A DNA stretch of 64,000 nucleotides. It comes from Alphaproteobacteria bacterium (GTDB lineage Bacteria; Pseudomonadota; Alphaproteobacteria; Bin95). The DNA lies in assembly GCA_964291285.2 (NCBI GenBank), contig OZ219785.1, forward strand, positions 416,001 to 480,000, written 5' to 3'. The notes below the pieces were generated by a model that saw nothing but the letters and a program-made list of their open reading frames with translations, did not search any database and was not told the DNA's origin. Positions 46,361 to 55,221 of this stretch are shown here, piece by piece (positions within the stretch are counted from its first letter, which is position 1; every line of letters starts with the position of its first letter). A program made the position numbers and the translations under genes.

Positions 46361-47752
46361 TGCCTTTTTGCGACCGCAGGTCTGGCGTTCGTTAGCAGCC
46401 CCGCAATGGCGGCCGACATGCTGTCGGTCGGCGTTGGCGGCTACATGCAGCAATGGTTCGGCTACGCCGACCGCGACGACGGCGCCGAAGGCGGCTTCGA
46501 CACCCAGTCGGACAGCGAGGTCTATTTCTCGGGCTCGCTCGAGTCGGATTCGGGCCTCAAGTTCGGCGTGGACGTTCAGCTGGAGGGCAATAACGGCCCG
46601 AAGGAGTACACCCATCCGGCCACCGGCACGAACAACAATCCGACGGGCTCGACCAACATCGACGAGTCCTTCGCCTGGGTGAGCGGCGATTTCGGACGGC
46701 TTGAGATCGGCGCGCGCGACTCGATCCATGCCCGTACGCATGTCGGCATCAGGGATGTCGGCGTCGGCATCAGCGGCGGCGACACGCACAAATGGATTCC
46801 GGGCGCCTACCACGACACCAATGGCTGGTGGGTCGGCATGGGCGACAACAAGAACGTGATCTACATCTCGCCGCGCGTGAACGGCGTGCAGCTCGGCGTG
46901 TCCTACGGGCCGGACGTCGCCAACGAAAGCAAGTGGCCGGGCGCCCCGACCGGAAGCGAGGACTCCGTCTGGGCCGCCGGCCTCAACTTCCAGCAGGACA
47001 TCGGCGACACCAGCTTCAGCTTCTCGGTCGGGCATCGCAGCCGCGAGAACAACGCCGACGCCACGTTCGACCTCGACATGGACGATGACAACATGCTGGT
47101 GACGGCGGCCGACAGGTCGATGGACAACAAGATGAAGGGGCGCGACAGCGACACCTTCACCAATGTCGGCCTCGGCGTGGGCTTCGGCGCGTTCACCTTC
47201 AATGTCGCTTACGCCATGCGCGACAGGGGCCAGGTTTCCAGCGAATGCCGCTTCGTCGGCAGCGACGACAGTAACGACGCAGAAACACTGGATGCAGTGG
47301 ATGCCACGGCGACCGCAGCCGCAATACCGGCTGTGAATGAGGGCGACACGGTGGCCTGCGACCGGGCCGGCGTGGTTCTCATGGGTAGCATGGTGACCGC
47401 TGGCGACGGGACCCAGAGCGACGCCCCCACCACCGGCAACGGCGCCGTCAACGCCACCCACATGTTCGTGGATAACAAGAGCGGCGCGTGGGACACCTGG
47501 GGCGCCAGCGTCACCTATACGGACGGCCCGATGGCGCTGAGCCTCGCCCATATGCAACTGGACGCCGATGACAACACCGGGCGCACCGCGACCATGGTTT
47601 CGGCCGCCTACACGCTCGCGCCGGGTGTCGCCTGGAGGAGCTCTATCTTCCAGGTCGAGGACGACACGACCCAGAACCTGGGCGGCGAGGAAGCCAGGCA
47701 GGACGTGAACGAGGGCACGGCCTTCGTAACCGGCATCACGCTCAGCTTCTAG
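46352..47752 (+). CDS. Alphaproteobacterial-type outer-membrane porin
   Basis: Signal peptide ending AMA; DSEVYFSG, GLKFG, IDESF.W.SG.FGRLEIG, YISPR, YTLAPG and terminal Phe. Confidence 0.92.
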   Translation: MRNCLFATAGLAFVSSPAMAADMLSVGVGGYMQQWFGYADRDDGAEGGFDTQSDSEVYFSGSLESDSGLKFGVDVQLEGNNGPKEYTHPATGTNNNPTGSTNIDESFAWVSGDFGRLEIGARDSIHARTHVGIRDVGVGISGGDTHKWIPGAYHDTNGWWVGMGDNKNVIYISPRVNGVQLGVSYGPDVANESKWPGAPTGSEDSVWAAGLNFQQDIGDTSFSFSVGHRSRENNADATFDLDMDDDNMLVTAADRSMDNKMKGRDSDTFTNVGLGVGFGAFTFNVAYAMRDRGQVSSECRFVGSDDSNDAETLDAVDATATAAAIPAVNEGDTVACDRAGVVLMGSMVTAGDGTQSDAPTTGNGAVNATHMFVDNKSGAWDTWGASVTYTDGPMALSLAHMQLDADDNTGRTATMVSAAYTLAPGVAWRSSIFQVEDDTTQNLGGEEARQDVNEGTAFVTGITLSF

Positions 47753-47824
47753 GCCGGGCTACCTGAAAGGGCGGCGGCGGCGTCACGGGTCGTATCCCCG
47801 ACCCTCCTTCTGCTGCGGCCGTCC

Positions 47825-47856
47825 GGGGTGGCGTTGGGTTGCAACGACGCCACCCC
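47825..47856. terminator. GC-rich hairpin downstream of the porin, inside the putative invertible segment
   Basis: GGGGTGGCGTTG...CGACGCCACCCC inverted repeat. Confidence 0.55.
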
Positions 47857-47864
47857 ACCCTTGC

Positions 47865-47927
47865 TTAAATGCAATAATTTCCCATAATGCCAATTCTGCG
47901 ACCGGCGTTCGGAGGTGCTTTTCTCAT
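47865..47927 (-). CDS. 20-aa leader ORF MRKAPPNAGRRIGIMGNYCI (orphan porin start)
   Basis: GGAGG RBS 8 nt before ATG 47927; reads through the right dif-like site in the same frame as the porin ATG in the left site. Confidence 0.55.
   Translation of the reverse strand: MRKAPPNAGRRIGIMGNYCI
47877..47904 (-). other. dif-like Xer recombination site (right, inverted)
   Basis: Minus strand CGGTCGCAGAA-TTGGCA-TTATGGGAAAT; same 6-bp spacer as the left site. Confidence 0.75.
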
Positions 47928-48023
47928 TCCGAATTCCTCCGGTAACAGCCGTCCGGGATTGGACAGCGCGGCCATCCTGCCCTGCCCGGCCGGCGGCTGC
48001 AATCCGCCCGATGCCGATTTTCG

Positions 48024-48051
48024 AGCCCTGTTGCGAAAATGCAACAGGGCT
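48024..48051. promoter_or_regulatory. Perfect 11-bp-arm palindrome (operator candidate) overlapping a TTGCAT -35-like hexamer
   Basis: AGCCCTGTTGC-GAAAAT-GCAACAGGGCT, about 100 bp upstream of the leader ATG on the minus strand. Confidence 0.5.
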
Positions 48052-48140
48052 GCGCCCGGACGCAGGCACGGGCCGGTCCCGCCGCAGCGGTGTAAGCCGC
48101 GCCTGCCGTTGGATGAGAAGCGCGGCATGAGCCCCGTGAA

Positions 48141-49589
48141 GATCGTGCCCCCGCGGGTGGTGTAAGAGCCTGGCGTCCGTAGCGGTGTCCGGCGGGTAGG
48201 GCCGGAACGCTCAGGCTGCCACGGCGGGCAACTTGACGGTTGTATTGTCGCTCACGGGAGCGATGGATTCCAGCGTCATGTATCTGGCTCTCTGGACTGC
48301 CCATTCATCGTTCTGCTCGAGCAGGATTGCGCCGATCAGCCGGGTGATGGCGTCCTCGTTGGGGAAGATGCCGACGGTGTTTGTGCGCCGCTTGATCTCG
48401 CCGTGGAGGCGTTCGAGCGGGTTTGTCGAGTGCAGCTTGGCGCGGTGCGCGGCCGGGAAGGTCATGTAGGCGAGAACATCGTGCTCGGCCTCGTCCATGA
48501 TGGCGGCGAGCTTTGGCGCCTTGGGCCTGAGCTGGTCGGCGACCTGGCGCCACTGGGCGGAGGCGCTGTCTGCATCCTCCTGGGCGAAGGCGGTAGTGAC
48601 GAAGGCGGAGACGACGCGCCGGCCCTGCTTGCCGGCATGGGCGAGCAGGTTGCGCATGAAGTGGACGCGGCATCTCTGCCAGGTGGCGCCGAAGATGCGG
48701 GTGGCGGCGGCCTTCAGGCCCTTGTGGTCGTCGGAGATCACCAGCTTGACGCCGCGCAGGCCGCGGCGGGCGAGCGAGCGCAGGAAGTCGGTCCAGAAGG
48801 TCTCGGCCTCGGACGCGCCGATCGCCATGCCGAGCACCTCGCGCCGGCCCTGATCGTTGACCGCCACCGCGATGGTGACCGCGACCGAGACGACGCGCCC
48901 GGCCTCGCGCATCTTCACATAGGTCGCGTCAAGCCAGAGATACGGCCAGTCGCCCTCCAGCGGCCGGTCGAGGAAGTCGCGGATCTTGTCGTCGATCTCG
49001 CCGCACAGCCGCGACACCTGGCTCTTGGAGATGCCCGACATGCCCATCGCCTGCACCAGGTCGTCCACCGAGCGGGTCGATACGCCCTTGATGTAGGCCT
49101 CCTGGATCACCGCCGTCAGCGCCTTCTCCGCCATCCGCCGCGGTTCAAGGAAGCCCGGGAAGTAGCTCCCCTTGCGCAGCTTCGGGATCTTCAGTTCGAC
49201 CGTGCCGGCCCGCGTCTCCCAGACCCGGTCCCGGTAGCCGTTGCGCTGCGTGATCCGGTCCGGCGAGCGCTCGCCGTGCGCGGCGCCCGCAAGGCCCTCA
49301 ACCTCAAGCGCCATCAGACGCGCGGCCGTGAACCCGATCATCTCGCGAAGCAGGTCGGCGTCGGAACTCTTCTCCAACAGCGCCCGCAGGGTCATCATGT
49401 CGGTGGTGGTCATCGTGGTACTCCTCCGGTCAGGTGGACTGTGACAGCCCAACCCTAACCGGCACCGCGATGGCCTCCGCTGTGGGTAAGTGGCCCGCCG
49501 CCTGACTCCAGACGGTCGCGGCGGCGGGCCACTTACCCACAGCTACCACCGGAAGCTTCAGCTCCTACACCACCCCTGGGGACACGACC
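48141..49589 (-). mobile_element. IS256-family element with 8-bp TSD
   Basis: CCCGTGAA at 48133-48140 and 49590-49597; ~29-bp imperfect IRs. Confidence 0.92.
48211..49413 (-). CDS. IS256 transposase
   Basis: [31 protein letters not shown] and STNPLER. Confidence 0.95.
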   Translation of the reverse strand: MTTTDMMTLRALLEKSSDADLLREMIGFTAARLMALEVEGLAGAAHGERSPDRITQRNGYRDRVWETRAGTVELKIPKLRKGSYFPGFLEPRRMAEKALTAVIQEAYIKGVSTRSVDDLVQAMGMSGISKSQVSRLCGEIDDKIRDFLDRPLEGDWPYLWLDATYVKMREAGRVVSVAVTIAVAVNDQGRREVLGMAIGASEAETFWTDFLRSLARRGLRGVKLVISDDHKGLKAAATRIFGATWQRCRVHFMRNLLAHAGKQGRRVVSAFVTTAFAQEDADSASAQWRQVADQLRPKAPKLAAIMDEAEHDVLAYMTFPAAHRAKLHSTNPLERLHGEIKRRTNTVGIFPNEDAITRLIGAILLEQNDEWAVQRARYMTLESIAPVSDNTTVKLPAVAA

Positions 49590-50041
49590 CCCGTGAACGG
49601 CGATGTCCATGCGGCGCATGTTCGGTCAGAGCACGGTCCGTCCGGGTCCAAACGGGACGGCGGGCTTATTCACGAATTCAGAAATATTTCCTCATTAAAG
49701 CTTGATCGCGGAACATTGATACTGATATAGGTCGGGCGGAAGCGGCGTCCGGAGGCCGCTTCGGGTTGCGACGGCGCGAGCAAGGCCCCCGAGGGAGCAG
49801 GCGGGAGGGGTGCGCCCTGCGTCTCGCGCGCGGGCAATCAGGCGCGCGAACCGCGCCGGCGGCGACGCGCGGGCCCGCCCGCGCGCGATACGCGCGAAAC
49901 AGGGTCCCGCCGCACGGAGGAGCCGGCGGCGGGGAGAACGGAACGGAGGGGAACGAAACGGGATGCGAAGCGGCAGGCAGGATTGTGAAAGCGGGGGCCG
50001 CCAAGCCCCTCTCCGTCCCACCGGACGGCGCAGACTGGACC

Positions 50042-50099
50042 CGTGACAGACCATGACATTCCGCAGCCGGAACATGACAAAACATGACATTCCATGACA
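50042..50099. repeat. Five helically phased CRTGACA heptamers
   Basis: Starts at 50042, 50052, 50073, 50083 and 50093. Confidence 0.75.
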
Positions 50100-50137
50100 C
50101 TCCGCGCAGGGGTCCCGCCGGGCGGGGCGCGGGCCTG

Positions 50138-51583
50138 CTACTGCGCGCCCGCCGCGTGCCGACCGGCGCGGCGGCCGAACACGGCGCCGCGCATGACGGA
50201 GGTGGCGCCCGTATAGTCGCCGTAATAGAGCCCGGCGGTCTCGCCGGCGGCGTAGAGGCCCGGGATCGGGTCGCCGTCGAGGTCGATGACGCGCCCGCTC
50301 GCGTCGATGCGCAGGCCCCCGAAGGTGAAGCAGTTGGCGCAGATCACCGGCCAGGCCCGGAAGGGCGGCCTGAGGAGCGGCCGCGCCCAGTTGCTCTTCG
50401 GAGGCCGGAGGCCCCGCGTGGCGAGGCCGTCCGGCCCGTCCGGGCGGAAGGCCGATACGTCCTCCGGGCAGGCGGCGTTGTAGGCGGCAAGCGTGGCGGA
50501 GAGCGCCGCCGGGTCGAGGCCGGCCGCCTCCGCCAGCGCCCTGACCGTCGGCGCTTCCAGCGGTTCGCGGTCGCTGCGCACCGTCACCCGCCAGTGCGGC
50601 GCGTCGTCGAGCCCGGCGTCGAACACCGCCCAGGCAAGGCCCTGCGGCTGCTCCAGAACGGCGCGCGCGACCCGCTCATAGCCGGCATCGACCGGCCCGG
50701 CCGCCTCGTCGGTGAAGCGCCCGCCCTCGCGGTTCACCAGCACGCCGTAGCCGTAATGCAGCACCACCGGCTCGATGGCCCCGGAGCGCGGATCGACCGG
50801 CTGCGCGTGGAAGGCGCCGAACTCGCCCGCCGGCGCCGCACCCGCGGCAAGGCCCATCGCCACGCCCTCGCCCCGGTTGTAGTAGCCGCCGCGCGCGACG
50901 GGCCGCGTCCATTGCGCCTTCGGCCCGATATAGCGCGCGAGCATTTCGGGATTGCCCTCGAAGCCGCCCGAGGCCAGCACGACCCGGCCGAGGAAATGGC
51001 CGGGCCGGCCGCGCTGCACGGCCTCGACGCCGACGATTCCGCCCTCGTCGCTGAGCACGAGGCCGCGCGCGGCGGTCTCGTAGTAGATCGAGGCGGAGAG
51101 CCGCTCCGCCTCCGCCGCCAGCGCCTCCACCAGCGCCAGCCCGCCGCCCACCGGCGCAATCCGCGTCGTGGACTGGTAGGGGAAATATGTGGGCAGGAAG
51201 TCCCAGCGCACGCCGAAGCCCTCCAGCCAGCGCAGCGCCGGGCCGGCATCCTCGCCCCAGACGCGGATCAGCTCCGGGTCGGTGAAGCCGAAGGCGCGGA
51301 GCGGGCGCGGCCAGTCCTCGTAAGGCCGTCCCGCATCCTTTACGAACTCCGGGTCGAAATGCCCGCCGGCATTGCTTGCCAGCCTCTCGTCGAAATCCTC
51401 GGAGACCGTGTCGCGGTCCCGCATCCGCCAGAAGCTCTCCGTGTAGCGGGTGTTGCCGCCCCGCTCCTCGTGCGCCGCGCGCTCCAGCACCGCCACGGAC
51501 GCGCCCGCCTCCAGCGCCGAGACGGCCGCCGACAAGCCCGCAATGCCCGCCCCCACGACCACAACATCGAAAGATCCGCCCAT
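50138..51583 (-). CDS. FAD-dependent oxidoreductase, TcuA (tricarballylate dehydrogenase)-like
   Basis: GAGIAG, RGGNTRYT, ASGGFEGN, FTFGGL, GLYAAGE and GAVFGR. Confidence 0.85.
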   Translation of the reverse strand: MGGSFDVVVVGAGIAGLSAAVSALEAGASVAVLERAAHEERGGNTRYTESFWRMRDRDTVSEDFDERLASNAGGHFDPEFVKDAGRPYEDWPRPLRAFGFTDPELIRVWGEDAGPALRWLEGFGVRWDFLPTYFPYQSTTRIAPVGGGLALVEALAAEAERLSASIYYETAARGLVLSDEGGIVGVEAVQRGRPGHFLGRVVLASGGFEGNPEMLARYIGPKAQWTRPVARGGYYNRGEGVAMGLAAGAAPAGEFGAFHAQPVDPRSGAIEPVVLHYGYGVLVNREGGRFTDEAAGPVDAGYERVARAVLEQPQGLAWAVFDAGLDDAPHWRVTVRSDREPLEAPTVRALAEAAGLDPAALSATLAAYNAACPEDVSAFRPDGPDGLATRGLRPPKSNWARPLLRPPFRAWPVICANCFTFGGLRIDASGRVIDLDGDPIPGLYAAGETAGLYYGDYTGATSVMRGAVFGRRAGRHAAGAQ

Positions 51584-51595
51584 GGGCCGGACCAT

Positions 51596-51862
51596 AGCCC
51601 GCATTTCTCGCCAGGGTCACGGTCTGCGTCGCGTCCAGGCGCTCGATCCGCAAGGAGCGGGCCGAAAAGCGTAGCGGTGCCTACGCTTGAGGCCCGCGAC
51701 GCCGCGGGCGGGCGCTTGGGCGCGACCCGAAGGGCGGAGCTGTCGGGCCGTCAGGGTAGGAGGGCCGCGCAGCGCGATGCGGGGCATCGGGCAAGCGGCT
51801 CGACGCAGCCTGACGGCCCGACAGCGCCGCGCAGACCATGACCCTGGCGAGAAATGCGGGCT
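51596..51862. mobile_element. MITE-like palindromic element (~267 bp)
   Basis: 33-bp terminal IRs (AGCCCGCATTTCTCGCCAGGGTCA...) with one mismatch, internal hairpins, no transposase. Confidence 0.7.
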
Positions 51863-51930
51863 GGCCCGGACGGCGCCCGGCCGCACACCCGTCCTTGCCT
51901 CCTTCGCCCGCGGCGGCGAGAGTGCGGGCC

Positions 51931-52875
51931 ATGACGGCGCGCGACCCCCTTGCCGCAACCGATATCCGCATCCGCGGCGCCTGGGAGCGGGCGATCCCGC
52001 TGCGGCTGGTGCCCTATTCGCGCCTGGCGCGCTGGGACCGGCCCATCGGCGCCTGGCTGCTGCTGCTGCCCTGCTGGTGGGGCACAGCGCTGGCAGCAGC
52101 GGGCGCGCCCGGCTTCTCCGCGCTCGAAACCGCATGGCTGGTCGCGCTGTTCGCCGTCGGCGCCTTTGCGATGCGGGGTGCGGGCTGCACCTACAACGAC
52201 ATCGTGGACCGGGACTTCGACGCCCGCGTCTCGCGCACCGCGATCCGCCCCCTGCCGGCCGGCCACACGACCGTCTTCCGCGCCTGGGCGTTCATCGCGT
52301 TGCAGGGCGCGGTCGGGCTCGCCGTGCTGCTGGCGCTGGAGCCGGGCGCGGTCCTGGTGGGCCTCGGCTCGATCCCGCTGGTGCTCGCCTACCCCTTCAT
52401 GAAGCGCCTGAGCCACTGGCCGCAGGCCTGGCTCGGCCTCACCTTCAACTGGGGAGCGCTGGTCGGCTGGGCGGCGGTCCAGGGCGAGGTCTCGGGGCCG
52501 GCCTACGCCCTCTACGCCGCCGGCATCGCCTGGACGCTCGGCTACGACACGATCTACGCCCACCAGGACAAGGAGGACGATGCGCTGGTGGGCGTCAAAT
52601 CGACGGCGCTCCTGTTCGGCGCGCGCACCCGGCCCTGGGTCGCGGGCTTCTACGGGGCCGCGCTTGCCCTGCTGGCGCTCGCCGGCTGGCTGGCGGGCCT
52701 CGGCTGGCCGTTCTACGCCGGCCTCGCGGTCGTCGGCGCGCAGTTCGCCTGGCAGGTCCGCAGCCTCGACATCGACGACCCGGACCGCTGCCTCGCGCTC
52801 TTCAAGTCCAACCGCCCCGCCGGCCTGCTGGTCCTCGGAGCCATCGCGCTGGGCATGGCGGGGCCCGGCGTCTGA
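51931..52875 (+). CDS. ubiA: 4-hydroxybenzoate polyprenyltransferase
   Basis: RWDRPIG, MRGAGCTYNDIVDRDFD, YPFMKR and YDTIYAHQDKEDD. Confidence 0.95.
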   Translation: MTARDPLAATDIRIRGAWERAIPLRLVPYSRLARWDRPIGAWLLLLPCWWGTALAAAGAPGFSALETAWLVALFAVGAFAMRGAGCTYNDIVDRDFDARVSRTAIRPLPAGHTTVFRAWAFIALQGAVGLAVLLALEPGAVLVGLGSIPLVLAYPFMKRLSHWPQAWLGLTFNWGALVGWAAVQGEVSGPAYALYAAGIAWTLGYDTIYAHQDKEDDALVGVKSTALLFGARTRPWVAGFYGAALALLALAGWLAGLGWPFYAGLAVVGAQFAWQVRSLDIDDPDRCLALFKSNRPAGLLVLGAIALGMAGPGV

Positions 52876-52903
52876 CGGGCGGCGGTTGGCCTTGGCCTTA
52901 TTC

Positions 52904-53032
52904 GTCGCCCCGGACCCCGATCCGGGGCCCATCTCCCGCCGGTTCGGATTGGCGCGAAAGTCGGAAGATGGGCCCCCGGCTCTCCCCCGGATCAAGTCCG
53001 GGGCAGGCTGCTTCGCTCCTGCCGGGGTGACG
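52904..53032. repeat. REP/RPE-like intergenic palindromic repeat
   Basis: GCCCCGGACCCCGATCCGGGGC and CCCCGGATCAAGTCCGGGG hairpins, flanked by GTCGCCCCGG / CCGGGGTGAC, between convergent genes. Confidence 0.65.
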
Positions 53033-53079
53033 GTTGTGTGCTCGCTGCGAAACACGGTCCGGGGCGAATGGATTCCGTT

Positions 53080-53820
53080 CTAGCCCAGCGCCGCCGCGAG
53101 TGCGTCGCCGATGCGCCGGGCCCAGAGGGCGGCGCCGGCTCCGTCGCGGATCAGGTCGTTGCGGATCTCCAGGCCGAGATGCGGGATGCCGCGCGGCTCG
53201 GCATGGCGCCGGGTGGTGTAGCCGCGCCGGGACCGGCCGGAATAGGGAAGGTTGTCGCCGACGAGGATGCCCGGCTCCGCCAGCGCCGCCATGAACGGCC
53301 GGGCGAGCGCCTCGCTCTCGTTCCAGAAGGTGCCGACATGCCAGGGCCGCGGGTCGCCGCCGGCCAGCCGCGGCGTGAAGCTGTGGACCGACACGAACGC
53401 CCGGGGCGCGAGGCAGCCGTCCAGCATGTCCTCGACCGCGGCGTGGTAGGGCTCGAACAGCGCGTCCCGCCGCCAGGCGCGCGCGGCGGCGTCGAGGCCC
53501 CGGTTGCCGGGCACGGCCACGCCGTCGCTCTCCTCCAGGATCGAGGTCGGATCGCCGGGGTCGCGGTTGCAGTCGATGGCGAGGCGCGAATAGCCGGACC
53601 GGACGGCCGGGGCGTCGAAGCGCGCCGCCAGCAGTTCGAAGACAGCGGCCGCGCCCGGGTCCCAGCCGATATGGTCGCAAAGCTCGGCCCCGGATATGCC
53701 GAGGTCTCCGAGGCGGGCCGGCAGGGCATGGCTCGCATGGTCGCAGACGAAGACGACGGGCGACTCCGCCCGGCCGGGCCGGACGGCGAAGGGCGGCGGG
53801 TCTCCGGGGGCGAGCGTCAC
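53080..53820 (-). CDS. N-formylglutamate amidohydrolase
   Basis: CDHAS, HIGWDPG, SRLAIDCNR, PYH, HSFTP and EIRNDLI. Confidence 0.9.
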   Translation of the reverse strand: MTLAPGDPPPFAVRPGRAESPVVFVCDHASHALPARLGDLGISGAELCDHIGWDPGAAAVFELLAARFDAPAVRSGYSRLAIDCNRDPGDPTSILEESDGVAVPGNRGLDAAARAWRRDALFEPYHAAVEDMLDGCLAPRAFVSVHSFTPRLAGGDPRPWHVGTFWNESEALARPFMAALAEPGILVGDNLPYSGRSRRGYTTRRHAEPRGIPHLGLEIRNDLIRDGAGAALWARRIGDALAAALG

Positions 53821-53888
53821 GGGCGCGGCCTGCCTTTCGCGCCGTCCGGGGACGCGGCAGGATGCGCCCCGCCAGCCGGGAGACCGCC

Positions 53889-54806
53889 ATGACCGACGCC
53901 GACCTGCCGATCGTCGATGCCCACCACCATCTCTGGGACCTGGGCGCGCTCCGCTATCCCTGGCTCCACGACCCGGAACCGCATGGCGGCTTCTTCCTCG
54001 GCGACTACGCGCCGCTCCGCCGGAACTACCTGCCGGCGGACTACCGCCGCGACGCCGCCGGCCACAATGTCGTCGCGACCGTCCATGTCGAGGCGGAATG
54101 CGACCGGAGCCTCCAGGTCGAGGAGACCCTCTGGGTGGACGGCATCGCCGAAGAGCACGGCATGCCGGCCGCCATCGTCGGCCATGCCTGGTTCCACCGG
54201 GAGGACTGCGCGGAAGTGCTGGAGCACCATATCGCCGCCTCCCGGCGCTTCCGGGGCGTGCGCTCGAAGCCGGTGACCGCGGACCGGCCCGGCCTTTCGG
54301 TGCGCGGCCAACCGGGCACGATGCAGGACGAGCGCTGGCTGGAAGGCTTCGCTCTGCTGGAGCGCTACGGCCTCTCCTGGGACCTGCGCGTGCCGGCCTG
54401 GCATCTGGAGGAGGCGGCGGAGGTCGCCCGCGCCTTCCCCGCCGTTCCCGTCGTGCTCAACCACACGGGCTTTCCCTGGGACCGCTCCGCGGCCGGGCTC
54501 GACCTCTGGCGGCAGGGCATGGCGGCGCTGGCCGGGTGCCCCAATGTCTCCGTCAAGCTCTCCTGCCTCTGCCTGCCGGACGGCCCCTGGCGCGAGGAGG
54601 AAAACGGCCCGCTGGTGCGCGAGACGATCCGGCTCTTCGGCGCGGAGCGCTGCATGTTCGCGAGCAACTTCCCCGTGGACGGGCTCAGGACCGGCTTCGG
54701 CGACATGATGAGCGCCTACAAGCGCATGGTCCGCGACCTGCCCGATGCGGACCGGCGCGCCCTCTTCCACGACACCGCCGCCCGCTTCTACCGGCTGGAC
54801 GGCTGA
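53889..54806 (+). CDS. Amidohydrolase 2 family (lactonase-like)
   Basis: DAHHHLWD, LNHTG, PNVSVKLS and MFASNFPVD. Confidence 0.9.
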   Translation: MTDADLPIVDAHHHLWDLGALRYPWLHDPEPHGGFFLGDYAPLRRNYLPADYRRDAAGHNVVATVHVEAECDRSLQVEETLWVDGIAEEHGMPAAIVGHAWFHREDCAEVLEHHIAASRRFRGVRSKPVTADRPGLSVRGQPGTMQDERWLEGFALLERYGLSWDLRVPAWHLEEAAEVARAFPAVPVVLNHTGFPWDRSAAGLDLWRQGMAALAGCPNVSVKLSCLCLPDGPWREEENGPLVRETIRLFGAERCMFASNFPVDGLRTGFGDMMSAYKRMVRDLPDADRRALFHDTAARFYRLDG

Positions 54807-55027
54807 TCCCCTGCGGTGGGGCGCGTTCTGCGTCCCGGTCTGGAACATTCTCATTCGCGGAACTGTATCCGGAGCCCGCCTGCGAGGCTCCCAAGAGCCC
54901 GACCGACGCCCCCGGCGGGCTGCGATACAGCGGCGGATGTTACACCATGTGTCCCCGGTCCCGCACCTTGCCGGACAGATACGATCGCCGGCGACCGGGA
55001 AGCCTTGCCTTTCCGCTTATGTCGGGC

Positions 55028-55061
55028 TTGACATGAATGTGCTTTTGATGCACATTCATGT
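55028..55061 (+). promoter_or_regulatory. TTGACA -35 overlapped by a perfect 12-bp-arm operator palindrome
   Basis: ACATGAATGTGC-N7-GCACATTCATGT at 55031-55061, upstream of the XRE gene start at 55098. Confidence 0.7.
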
Positions 55062-55221
55062 GTACAAGCACAAGTTTCCCGGAGCGGGGGTCGTCCAATG
55101 AAGTCGGAAACGACATACCAAACGGTGCTCGGCCGCCTGATCGCATTGAAGCGCCGACAGATGTTAGCGACGGTTACAGAGCGCGCCTATTCGCTGACAT
55201 TTTTCGGCCGGTTGCGGTTTT

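Noticed and set aside
45857-47557. 566-aa minus-strand ORF
   Set aside because: Mostly antisense to the porin; only the last ~150 aa (LysR HTH) look real.
46333-47904. The dif-like sites as the chromosomal dimer-resolution dif
   Set aside because: There are two sites in inverted orientation, one overlapping a start codon, with a non-canonical spacer; a true dif is normally single and intergenic. It cannot be fully excluded without the genome.
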